Below are positions 7,990 to 15,931 of a stretch of DNA of 24,000 nucleotides, piece by piece. The notes under the pieces are model-generated. The model did not search any database. It saw only the letters and a program-made list of their open reading frames with translations, and was not told the DNA's origin. Every line of letters begins with the position of its first letter. Positions within the stretch are counted from its first letter, which is position 1. The position numbers and the translations under genes are program-made. The stretch comes from Actinomycetota bacterium (lineage in GTDB: Bacteria; Actinomycetota; Thermoleophilia; Solirubrobacterales; Solirubrobacteraceae), in assembly GCA_009699245.1 (NCBI GenBank), contig WLOQ01000008.1:31136-55135 (forward strand), read 5' to 3'.

Positions 7990-8709
7990 ATGGCCCAGAT
8001 CAAGCTCTTCGACCCGTTCACCCGCATCGACGGGACGACCCTCGAGCACTTCTCCACGCACTGGCACACGCGCCACGCGGAGATCGCCAAGGGCCTGCCG
8101 CAGATCAAGCACTACATCCAGAGCCACCGCCGCGAGGACGCGCCCGCGGCGCTCGGCGCCCCGCTCGGCGCGTGCTGGGCCGACGGCTCCTCGGAGACCT
8201 GGTACGACGGCCCGGAGGAGATCACGGCGATGTTCGAGCTCCCCGCGCTGACCGCGCTGATGGAGGACGAGCGCAACTTCATGGATACGCACCGCGAGCG
8301 CTACCACGTGATCACGCGCGAGCAGCACATCGACGGGCCGGAGCTCTCGCCCTGCACGGGCGTCAAGGCGCTCCTCTTCACGCGGCGTGACCCAGCACTC
8401 ACGCAAGAGGACTTCTTCGCCGCGTGGATCACCCCGGACGACGCCGAGCTCGGCAGGGCCGTCGGTGCCACGCGCCACGTCGTCTGCCCGCGCGTCGCCT
8501 CCCCGTTCGACCACCCGAACCCGGAGGTCGAGGAGTCCTCGCTGCCGCCGTTCGACGGTGTGCGCGAACTGTGGTGGGAGAGCACCGAGGCGCTTGCCGC
8601 CGGTGCCGCGGCCGACCCGGACGCCTGGGCCCGCCTCGTGCACCCGCCGACCGTCGATGCCGGCGGGTCGTTCGCGCTCTACGCCTCCGAGCGCCTGATC
8701 ATCCGCTGA
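7990..8709 (+). CDS. Tandem double-EthD-domain protein, function unknown
   Basis: 239 aa. Domain 1 is MAQIKLFDPFTRIDGTTLEHFSTHWHTRHAEI...HYIQSH...ETWYDGPEE...EDERNFMD. Domain 2 is VKALLFTRRDPALTQEDFFAAW...FDGVRELWWESTEA. Confidence 0.7.
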   Translation: MAQIKLFDPFTRIDGTTLEHFSTHWHTRHAEIAKGLPQIKHYIQSHRREDAPAALGAPLGACWADGSSETWYDGPEEITAMFELPALTALMEDERNFMDTHRERYHVITREQHIDGPELSPCTGVKALLFTRRDPALTQEDFFAAWITPDDAELGRAVGATRHVVCPRVASPFDHPNPEVEESSLPPFDGVRELWWESTEALAAGAAADPDAWARLVHPPTVDAGGSFALYASERLIIR

Positions 8710-8713
8710 GCGC

Positions 8714-10399
8714 TCAGGCGGCGGCGCCGCGGCGCTCGATGACGTCCTCGGCGGCGATGTAGCCGAACGTCATCGAGTGCGAGATCGAGGCACCCGGCGC
8801 CGGGTAGATGCGCCCGTGCACCGACGCGGCCGAACAGCCGCTCGCATAGAGCCCTTCGATGATCGAGCCGTCCTCGCGCAGGACGCGGGCCCGGGTATCG
8901 GTGACGAGGCCGCCGACGGTGCTCACGTCCGTGACGATCTGCCCGACGGCGTAGAACGGGCCCTTCTCGATCGTGCCGAGGTTGTTGCTGCCCTTGTTGT
9001 TCGGATCGCCGAAGTAGCGGTCGTACCGCGTCTCCCCGCGATGGAAGTCCTCGTCCTTGCCGTTGCGGGCGAAGCCGTTGAACCGCTCGACCGTGGCACG
9101 CAGGCCCGTGGCGTCGATCCCGCACATCGCGGCGAGCTCCTCAAGCGTGTCGGCCTTCTTGAGGAAGCCGCTCTCCAGCCACGCCTTCGGCGTCTGCGCC
9201 GGCGGCGCGGTGACGAACGGGTAGCGCTTGCGGTGGCGGCTGTCGAAGATGAGCCAGCTCGGCAGCGCCTTGCCGGTTTCCAGGTTGCGGCGGAGCATGT
9301 GCTGCCCGGCCTCCATGTAGGGGCCCGACTCGTTCATGTACCGCTGGCCGTCGCCGTCGACGATAATCGAGTGCGGGAGCGAGCGCTCCCAGATCCCGAG
9401 CATGGGGGTGCCGTCGAGCAGCGGGGCGGGGAGCCAGATCGCCTCGTCGAGGTTCGACGTCGCGGCCCCGATGCCGAGGCCGGCGCGCAGCGCGTCGCCC
9501 TCGTCGCCGGGGTTCGCGACGGTCCAGCCGCCGTCGATCGGATCGGGCTGGTACTCCTCGCGCAGCTCCTTGTTGCGAGCGAACCCGCCCGCTGCCAGGA
9601 GGACGCCGTGGCGCGTGCGGACCTCGATCCGGCGCCCGTCGCGCTCGACGACGGCACCGACGACGCGCCCATCCTCGATGAGCAGGTCGCGCATCGGCGT
9701 CTCGCGCCACACATCGATGCCGCGCTGCTGCATGACGATGAGGATCTGGCCGACGAGGGCCTGGCCGAGTGTGAGGAGCTTGCGCTTGCGCGCCTTGGCC
9801 TTCACGTCGCGGCCGATGAGCTTCACCATGCGGGCGAAGTTCTTCGGGTTGCGGAAGGCCAGCACAGCGGTCGCCGAGTCGTCCGTCTGCAGGGCGATCG
9901 GCATCGCGAGCGGCGACGGGCGCAGGTACGGCTCCCACGCGCCGATCTCGTCCTTGTGGATGATCGTCGCCTCGAGCGCGCGGCCCTGGACCATGCCGAA
10001 CGGTGCGTCCGGGTAGTCGTCAGGCGACGCCGAGTAGCGCAGCCGGACGCCCTGCGACTTGAGGAAGTCAAGCATCCGCAGGTTGCCCTCGAGGTACGCG
10101 ACCTTGCGCTCGCGCGTGGTCGCCGGGCCGGCATCGCCGACGACGGCGTCCAGGTAGGCGAGGCCACGCTCGAGCGTGTCGTGGTAGCCCTCGGCGAGCA
10201 GGTACTCGTTCGCCGGCGCCCAGACGACGCCGCCGGACATCGCGGTCGAGCCGCCGATGTACTCGGTCTTCTCGACGACGAGCGCATCGAGGCCCGCCTC
10301 CTTCGCCTTCATCGCGGCCAGCAGACCGCCGCCGCCGGTACCGACGATCAGGAAGTCCTTCTCGATGACCTCGGCGGCCACCCCGTGTGTCTCAGACAT
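8714..10399 (-). CDS. FAD-dependent oxidoreductase, FAD_binding_2 family (3-oxosteroid 1-dehydrogenase/KstD-like)
   Basis: 561 aa. GAGGAG lies 5 nt upstream of the ATG. The N-terminal Rossmann motif is DFLIVGTGGGGLLAAMKAKEAGLDALVVEKTEYIGGSTAMSGGVVW. The C-terminal GLYASGCSAAS... is typical of this flavoprotein family. Confidence 0.85.
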   Translation of the reverse strand: MSETHGVAAEVIEKDFLIVGTGGGGLLAAMKAKEAGLDALVVEKTEYIGGSTAMSGGVVWAPANEYLLAEGYHDTLERGLAYLDAVVGDAGPATTRERKVAYLEGNLRMLDFLKSQGVRLRYSASPDDYPDAPFGMVQGRALEATIIHKDEIGAWEPYLRPSPLAMPIALQTDDSATAVLAFRNPKNFARMVKLIGRDVKAKARKRKLLTLGQALVGQILIVMQQRGIDVWRETPMRDLLIEDGRVVGAVVERDGRRIEVRTRHGVLLAAGGFARNKELREEYQPDPIDGGWTVANPGDEGDALRAGLGIGAATSNLDEAIWLPAPLLDGTPMLGIWERSLPHSIIVDGDGQRYMNESGPYMEAGQHMLRRNLETGKALPSWLIFDSRHRKRYPFVTAPPAQTPKAWLESGFLKKADTLEELAAMCGIDATGLRATVERFNGFARNGKDEDFHRGETRYDRYFGDPNNKGSNNLGTIEKGPFYAVGQIVTDVSTVGGLVTDTRARVLREDGSIIEGLYASGCSAASVHGRIYPAPGASISHSMTFGYIAAEDVIERRGAAA

Positions 10400-10418
10400 G
10401 CGTTCTCCTCAGGAGTGA

Positions 10419-12173
10419 TCAGGCGGTTACGGGCTCGCGCGCCGGCTCCTTCGCGGCGTGCATACCCGCAAAGTGGCCGTTGACGATCGCCGGGCCGAGC
10501 GTGCTGCCGCCGCCCCAGTAGGCCGCGCCGGCCGGGGAGCCGATGCAGTTGCCCGCGCCGTAGAGGCGCGGGATGGGCCTGCCGTCCTTGCGCACGACCT
10601 GGCTGTCCGTGTTGATCCGCGGACCGCCCTTCGTGCCCAGGCACGATGCGCCGAGGATGACCGCGTAGTACGGACCCTCCTCGCGCAGCGGGTGCATCGT
10701 GACGTTCGGCATCGGGTTCTCACGCGTCGGCGGCGTCCAGTAGACGTCGGTGACCGTCGCGCCGCGGCCGAAGTCCTCGTCCTTGCCGGCACGGGCGAAC
10801 CCGCTGAAGCGCTCAACGGTCTTCGGGAGCTGGTCGGTGAAGCCGTCCTTCAGCTGGAACCCACCGGTGTGCGGGGCGAGCTTGTCGAGCCGTGCGCGGA
10901 TCGCGTCCCCGAGCTCCTCGAGCGTGTCGCCCTTGATGACCTCGGGCGCGTCGACGCCGGGCTCCGGAACGGGCCAGCGCGACGGCCAGAGGATGTCGTC
11001 CTGCGCGACGTCCTCATCCCAGATCATGAAGAGGAGGTAGTTCGGCAGGCTGCCGTCCGCATCGCGCACGAAGTGCGCCTTGCCGCGCTCGTTGTAGAAG
11101 AGCTTCTCGTTCGTGACGCGATTGCCCTCGGCGTTGACCATGAGCATCGAGTCGCCGTAGGCGAAGCCCATGAGCGTCCCCTGCTCAAAGCTCTCCAGGC
11201 ACGGCTCGAGCGGGAGCTCGGTCCACCAGGCCTCCTCCGTGTTGTGGAGGTCGGCGCCGAGCTTCTCGCCGATGGCGATGAAGTCGCCGCGGTTCGTCGC
11301 CACGCCGCACGTGCCGACGATCGGCCCGCGCAGAAAGCGCTCGCGCAGATCGGCGTTGTGCTCGAAGCCGCCGCTGGCGAAGATCACGCTGCGCTTGGCA
11401 TCGATCGTGATCTGGCCGTCGGGCGTGTCCACGATGACGCCGGAGATCTCGCCAGCGGCATCGGTCGTGATGTCGACGACGCGGTGCTCGGTGAGGAGCT
11501 CAGCGCCATGGCGTCGCGCGGATGCGAGCAGCATGCGCACGAGGTCGCCGCCGTCGCCGCTGATCTGGCCCTGGCCCTGCATCGCGGCGGAGTCGAGGTT
11601 CGGGCCGGCCTCGGCGACGTCGGACTCGAGGTCGGTGTCGACACCCTCACGCGAGGTGAAGGCGACGATGTGGTCGGAGGCCCCGGCGGCCGCAACATCC
11701 GTCGGGACGGGCGCGAGCAGGCGGCCGTAGACCTCGCCGTCCTCCTCGGTGACGAACCACGGCGGCAGCCCCTGATCGCCGCCCTGGAAGCACTCCATGA
11801 ACTGGCTGTGCAGGTCGCCGTTCTCGTGGAAGAGCTCGAGCACCTCGGCGGCGTTGTCGTAGAAGAACGTCATGAGATCCCACTCGGCCTGGCCGACGCC
11901 GTGGCGCTCGGCACCGCGGTCGTAGTGCTGCGGGTAGCTGAGCTTCGCCATGTGCGCGAGGGCGCGGTCGCGGTCGTCGATGAGCCCACGCTCGAGCATC
12001 ACCTTGTTGCGCGGCACCCAGTAGCCACCGGATGACTTGAGCGTCGTGCCGCCCGGGGCAGCTGCGGCCTCCAGGACGACGACGGACGCGCCGGCGCGCC
12101 CTGCGGTGATCGCGGCTGCGAGGCCGGAAGCACCGGCACCCACCACGACGATGTCATAGGACTTCGAGCTCAT
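10419..12173 (-). CDS. FAD-dependent oxidoreductase, FAD_binding_2 family (KstD-like), distant paralog of the downstream gene
   Basis: ATG 12173 is preceded by AAGGAGAGAGAG. MSSKSYDIVVVGAGASGLAAAITAGRAGASVVVLEAAAAPGGTTLKSSGGYW; C-terminal RLYGAGNCIGSP. ATG 12218 would add 15 aa but has no RBS. Confidence 0.85.
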   Translation of the reverse strand: MSSKSYDIVVVGAGASGLAAAITAGRAGASVVVLEAAAAPGGTTLKSSGGYWVPRNKVMLERGLIDDRDRALAHMAKLSYPQHYDRGAERHGVGQAEWDLMTFFYDNAAEVLELFHENGDLHSQFMECFQGGDQGLPPWFVTEEDGEVYGRLLAPVPTDVAAAGASDHIVAFTSREGVDTDLESDVAEAGPNLDSAAMQGQGQISGDGGDLVRMLLASARRHGAELLTEHRVVDITTDAAGEISGVIVDTPDGQITIDAKRSVIFASGGFEHNADLRERFLRGPIVGTCGVATNRGDFIAIGEKLGADLHNTEEAWWTELPLEPCLESFEQGTLMGFAYGDSMLMVNAEGNRVTNEKLFYNERGKAHFVRDADGSLPNYLLFMIWDEDVAQDDILWPSRWPVPEPGVDAPEVIKGDTLEELGDAIRARLDKLAPHTGGFQLKDGFTDQLPKTVERFSGFARAGKDEDFGRGATVTDVYWTPPTRENPMPNVTMHPLREEGPYYAVILGASCLGTKGGPRINTDSQVVRKDGRPIPRLYGAGNCIGSPAGAAYWGGGSTLGPAIVNGHFAGMHAAKEPAREPVTA

Positions 12174-12258
12174 CTCTCTCTCCTTCATGTGAGCCAACGG
12201 AATGTTGACGTTGACCATAAAGGAGATGCAGCGGCGGAGCCGCGGGCGCGGGGAGGCG

Positions 12259-13068
12259 CTACGCGTCGGCGAACTTCGGCGCGCGCTTCTCGAGTACAGC
12301 GGCGCGGCCCTCGAGTGAGTCCGGGTGCCCGGAGAGGCGCGCGGTCGCCCGCTGCTCGATCTCGTAGCCGGTCTTGACGTCGAGGAACTCCACCTGGTTG
12401 AGGACCTCCTTCGCCTGGCGCAGCGCGGCCCCGCTGTGCACGGCCATCCGCGCGGCGAGCGCGCGGGCGGTGTCGAGGAGCTCCGCGTCAGGGACGACCG
12501 AGTCGATCCCGCCGAACTGGACGAGGTCGGCGGCCGGCACCGGCTCGGCCGTGTAGTACATGCGGCGCATGATGTGCTCCGGCACGACGCGCGCGAGGTG
12601 GCGGGCGGCGCCCATCACGCCGATGCTCACCTCGGGCGTGACGAGCCGCGCGCTCTCGCCGCAGATGATCACGTCGCAGAGCGAGCAGAGTGAGACGCCG
12701 GTGCCGGCCGCGACGCCCTGGACCGCGGCGATCGTCGGGATCGGGCAGTCGTAGACCGAGGAGAACGCCTCACGCACGAGCTTCATGCGCGCCGGTGAGT
12801 TCTGCAGCGTCATCGTGCCGAACTCGTCGAGGTCGTTGCCCGCGCAGAAGTGCTTGCCCTCCCCGCGGAAGATGACCACGCGCGCGCCGGGCATGAGCTC
12901 GTCCGCCCAGGTGAAGCAGTCACGGATCTCGCCGTACATCTTCTGGTTGACGGCGTTCACCGGCGCACGCGTCATCGAGACCGTCGCGATCGGGCCGTCC
13001 TGCTCGATGCGCAGGAACTCGAAGCTGTTCTCGGCGCCCTTGGCGCTCGTGGCGGTGGTGAGGCTCAT
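12259..13068 (-). CDS. Enoyl-CoA hydratase/isomerase (crotonase) family protein
   Basis: 269 aa from ATG 13068 (MSLTTATSAKG...). VVIFRGEGKHFCAGNDL oxyanion-hole motif and a crotonase-fold-length body. The listed 396-aa ORF extends into the upstream SDR gene in a different frame and is not credible. Confidence 0.85.
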   Translation of the reverse strand: MSLTTATSAKGAENSFEFLRIEQDGPIATVSMTRAPVNAVNQKMYGEIRDCFTWADELMPGARVVIFRGEGKHFCAGNDLDEFGTMTLQNSPARMKLVREAFSSVYDCPIPTIAAVQGVAAGTGVSLCSLCDVIICGESARLVTPEVSIGVMGAARHLARVVPEHIMRRMYYTAEPVPAADLVQFGGIDSVVPDAELLDTARALAARMAVHSGAALRQAKEVLNQVEFLDVKTGYEIEQRATARLSGHPDSLEGRAAVLEKRAPKFADA

Positions 13069-13079
13069 GGCGGGAAACC

Positions 13080-13811
13080 CTACCGCGGTCCGAGCTCGTC
13101 CCCGGCGCGCATGAAGACGATCTCGGGGACGACGGTCCCCTGCGAAAGATGCAGCAGCCAGCGCACGGTCGCGGCCATGTCCTCGGGCCGCAGCATGTCC
13201 TCCTGGGCGACCGTGTCGCGCAGGAACTCCGTCATGTCGGTGTCGACCCAGAAGGGGCAGAGCGCATGCGAGATGACGCCCTGCGTACTGAACTCCTTGT
13301 TCATCGCCTCGGTGTACGCGACAAGCCCGGCCTTCGCCGCCGAGTACACGGAGATCCACGGCTGACCGGCCCGACCGGCGATCGACGACATGTTGATCAC
13401 ACGCGCACCGCGATGCTCGGCGCCGGCTTCGAGCAGGAGCGGGAGGCACTCGCGATAGAGGAGGATCGGCGCGCGCAGGTTCACCGCGAGCTGGAGGTCG
13501 AGCAGCTTCGTGCGGTGCTCGGTCGCGGGCGCTCCGGCACCGAGGCCCGCGTTGTTCACGAGCACATCGAGGCGGCCATAGCGCTCGCGGTGGCTGCTCA
13601 CGATCTCGACGATCGCGGCCTCCTCGACGAGGTCGCCGGTGACCGTGTGGACCTGAGCCCCGCCGGCGCGCAGCGCCGCCGCGGCCTCCTCGAGCGCCTC
13701 GGCGCGCCGCGCCGTGAGCGTCAGCGCGTACCCCTCGTCAGCGAGGACCCTCGCGATCTCAAGTCCGATCCCGCGGGACCCTCCGGTGATCAGTGCTACG
13801 CGCTGCGCCAT
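13080..13811 (-). CDS. SDR-family oxidoreductase
   Basis: 243 aa. ITGGSRGIG, NNAG and YSAAK motifs of classical SDRs. Confidence 0.9.
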   Translation of the reverse strand: MAQRVALITGGSRGIGLEIARVLADEGYALTLTARRAEALEEAAAALRAGGAQVHTVTGDLVEEAAIVEIVSSHRERYGRLDVLVNNAGLGAGAPATEHRTKLLDLQLAVNLRAPILLYRECLPLLLEAGAEHRGARVINMSSIAGRAGQPWISVYSAAKAGLVAYTEAMNKEFSTQGVISHALCPFWVDTDMTEFLRDTVAQEDMLRPEDMAATVRWLLHLSQGTVVPEIVFMRAGDELGPR

Positions 13812-13843
13812 GCGGGGAATGTACGCGGCGTAGGCTTCAGCAC
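13812..13843. promoter_or_regulatory. 32-bp divergent promoter region with back-to-back -10 hexamers for two leaderless-looking genes
   Basis: TAGGCT (13831-13836) lies 7 nt upstream of ATG 13844. On the minus strand TACATT (complement of 13818-13823) lies 6 nt upstream of ATG 13811. There is no Shine-Dalgarno on either side. Confidence 0.35.
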
Positions 13844-14629
13844 ATGGCCATGCGCGTCGGAGTCCAGATCCAGCCCCAGCACACGACGTTCGCGCAGATG
13901 CGCGACGCCTGGGTCGAAGCCGAGGAGCTCGGCGTCGACACGATCTTCACCTGGGACCACTTCTTCCCGCTGTACGGGCCGCCGGACGGCGAGCACTTCG
14001 AGTGCCTGACGACACTCACGGCGCTCGCCGCTGCGACGAGCCGCGCGCAGATCGGCGCGCTCGTCGTCTGCAACTCGTACCGCAACCCGGAGTTGCTCGC
14101 CGATGCGCACCGGACGATCGACCACGTCTCCAGCGGCCGCACGATCCTCGGGATCGGCGCGGGCTGGTTCGAGCGCGACTACGACGAGTACGGGTATGCG
14201 TTCGGCACGGCCCCGGACCGGCTGCGCGCGCTCGCGCGCGACCTGCCGCGGATCCGCACGCGCCTTGACCGCCTCAACCCGGGCCCGATCGGTCCGATGC
14301 CGATCCTCATCGGCGGCAGCGGCCCGAAGGTGACGCTGCGGCTCGTCGCCGAGCATGCGCAGATGTGGCACAGCTTCGGCGACGCGGACACCTACCGCGC
14401 GAAGGCGGCGCTGCTCGCTGAGCACTGCGAGCGGGTCGGGCGCGACCCGGCTGAGATCGAGCACACCTGGGGTGTCGCCTCAACGACCGACCGTCTGCTC
14501 GACCATGCCGATGGCCTCCATGCAGCCGGCGTCCACCAGCTGATCCTCGGCATCGGCGGTGGGCCTGACGGCTACGACCTCGCGGAGCTGCGCGAGCTCG
14601 TCGCCTGGCGCGACGCGCTGAGCGGCTGA
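13844..14629 (+). CDS. LLM-class (luciferase-like) F420-dependent oxidoreductase
   Basis: 261 aa from ATG 13844 (MAMRVGVQIQPQHTTF...). TIFTWDHFFP, RTILGIGAGWFERDYDEYGY and PILIGGSGPKVTLRLVAEHAQMW are typical of the actinobacterial F420-dependent LLM subfamily. Confidence 0.8.
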   Translation: MAMRVGVQIQPQHTTFAQMRDAWVEAEELGVDTIFTWDHFFPLYGPPDGEHFECLTTLTALAAATSRAQIGALVVCNSYRNPELLADAHRTIDHVSSGRTILGIGAGWFERDYDEYGYAFGTAPDRLRALARDLPRIRTRLDRLNPGPIGPMPILIGGSGPKVTLRLVAEHAQMWHSFGDADTYRAKAALLAEHCERVGRDPAEIEHTWGVASTTDRLLDHADGLHAAGVHQLILGIGGGPDGYDLAELRELVAWRDALSG

Positions 14630-14638
14630 GCACGGCGG

Positions 14639-14681
14639 CGCCGCCGCCCGCAAGGCCAAAGGGCCCAGCGGGACGGCGGCG
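14639..14681. terminator. GC-rich hairpin between convergent genes
   Basis: Positions 14639-14651 pair with 14668-14681 (13 bp, bulged A at 14673). An inner GGCC/GGCC extension is possible. There is no T-tract. Confidence 0.35.
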
Positions 14682-14704
14682 GTGCGCCATGCAGGAGCCG
14701 CGCC

Positions 14705-15844
14705 CTAGGGCGCCGTCGCGAAGACGAAGTTCCCGGCCGAGCTGACCTGCAGCACGCCGAGGAACGGGAGGGTCTTGCGGTAGCCGGTCTTCGGGCTGAT
14801 CGTGATCTTGCCCGTCTGGCCGGGGACGTTCTTCGTCCGGCGCAGCTGCCTGAGGACCTTCGTGTAGTTCGTGCTGTGCGCCCTGCGGATCGCGCGGAAG
14901 AGGACGTTCGCGGAGTCGTAGGTGAAGACGCCCCAGACGCCCGGCGCCGTCTTGAACGCCTTGCGGTAGGCCTTGACGAAGCGCCTCGCGCTCGGCAGGC
15001 GCGTCGCCTCCGGCACACCGGTGAACGTGCAGCGCTGGCTCGTCGAGATGCCCGCGCCGCTGATGAAGCCGGCGTCGATGTTGCCGAGGCTCATGTGGCA
15101 CGGCGTTGCAGAACCGCTGGCGACGATCGCCTTGGCGATCTCGACGCCCTCGGGGAAGTACGTGCTCGAGTAGATGACGTCCGCGGAGTTCGCGAGTGCC
15201 TCTGCGACCTTCGTCGCGTAGTAGCCGTCGGCGGCGTCGGCCATCTCGACGATCTGCACCCAGTTGACCGTCACACCCTTGGCCTCAAGGAGCGAGCGCA
15301 GTTGCTCGGCGATGCCCTTCGTGTAGGCGCCGTTGGCGCTCGTGTCGACGAGCATCGTCACCTTGTCGTAGCCCTTGCCGAGCAGGTACGAGGCCTCGAC
15401 GGGGGCGACCTGGCTGTTCATTGGCTGGAGCGTGATGCCGGCGCCCTGGGTGTCGTCGTTCGACGTCATCCACAGCGGGGTCACGCGGGCCTTGCGATAC
15501 AGCGGCAGGTTGAGCAGGCCGACCGAGGAGTTGTACGGCCCGATGATGGCGTCGGGGCCCTCGGCGACGACGTCGTCCGCCACGGAGACCGCGTTCGCGC
15601 TGTCGCCCTTGTCGTCACCCTTGATGAGCACGACCTTGCGCCCGAGCACGCCGCCCTTGGCGTTGACCTGGCGCACGGCGAGCTGGACGCCGCGGAGCAT
15701 GTCCACGCCGTTCGAGGACTGCGGGCCGGAGATCGGCGCCTCGACGGCGAGGCGGATCGGCGCCTTGCCACCGGCGTGCGCGGCGGGGGCTGCCACGAGC
15801 AGCGCGAGCGCCGCAACGGGGATGAGACGGGTCAGACGGGACAC
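14705..15844 (-). CDS. ABC-transporter periplasmic substrate-binding protein, Leu/Ile/Val-binding (Peripla_BP_6-like) family
   Basis: GTG 15844 lies 6 nt downstream of GAGGA; GTG 15850 is the longest alternative. Signal peptide RLIPVAALALLVAAPAAHA|GG. IRLAVEAPISGPQSSNGVDMLRGVQLAVRQVNAKGGVLGRKV matches the family consensus. No permease or ATPase genes are nearby. Confidence 0.85.
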   Translation of the reverse strand: MSRLTRLIPVAALALLVAAPAAHAGGKAPIRLAVEAPISGPQSSNGVDMLRGVQLAVRQVNAKGGVLGRKVVLIKGDDKGDSANAVSVADDVVAEGPDAIIGPYNSSVGLLNLPLYRKARVTPLWMTSNDDTQGAGITLQPMNSQVAPVEASYLLGKGYDKVTMLVDTSANGAYTKGIAEQLRSLLEAKGVTVNWVQIVEMADAADGYYATKVAEALANSADVIYSSTYFPEGVEIAKAIVASGSATPCHMSLGNIDAGFISGAGISTSQRCTFTGVPEATRLPSARRFVKAYRKAFKTAPGVWGVFTYDSANVLFRAIRRAHSTNYTKVLRQLRRTKNVPGQTGKITISPKTGYRKTLPFLGVLQVSSAGNFVFATAP

Positions 15845-15931
15845 GGACACTCCTCAGAAGGTGGGATTGCTCGCGGGAGCGTACAACCGCTGCCCGGGCG
15901 GTGCGCCGGGCCGTGCGCGAAGATCGCAGCC

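Noticed and set aside
12189-12377. Small plus-strand ORFs in and around the 85-bp operon spacer: the listed 62-aa ORF, and an ATG at 12226 directly abutting AAGGAG.
   Set aside because: They are antisense to the crotonase gene and have Arg/Gly-rich products. The SD-like motif has zero spacing to the ATG.
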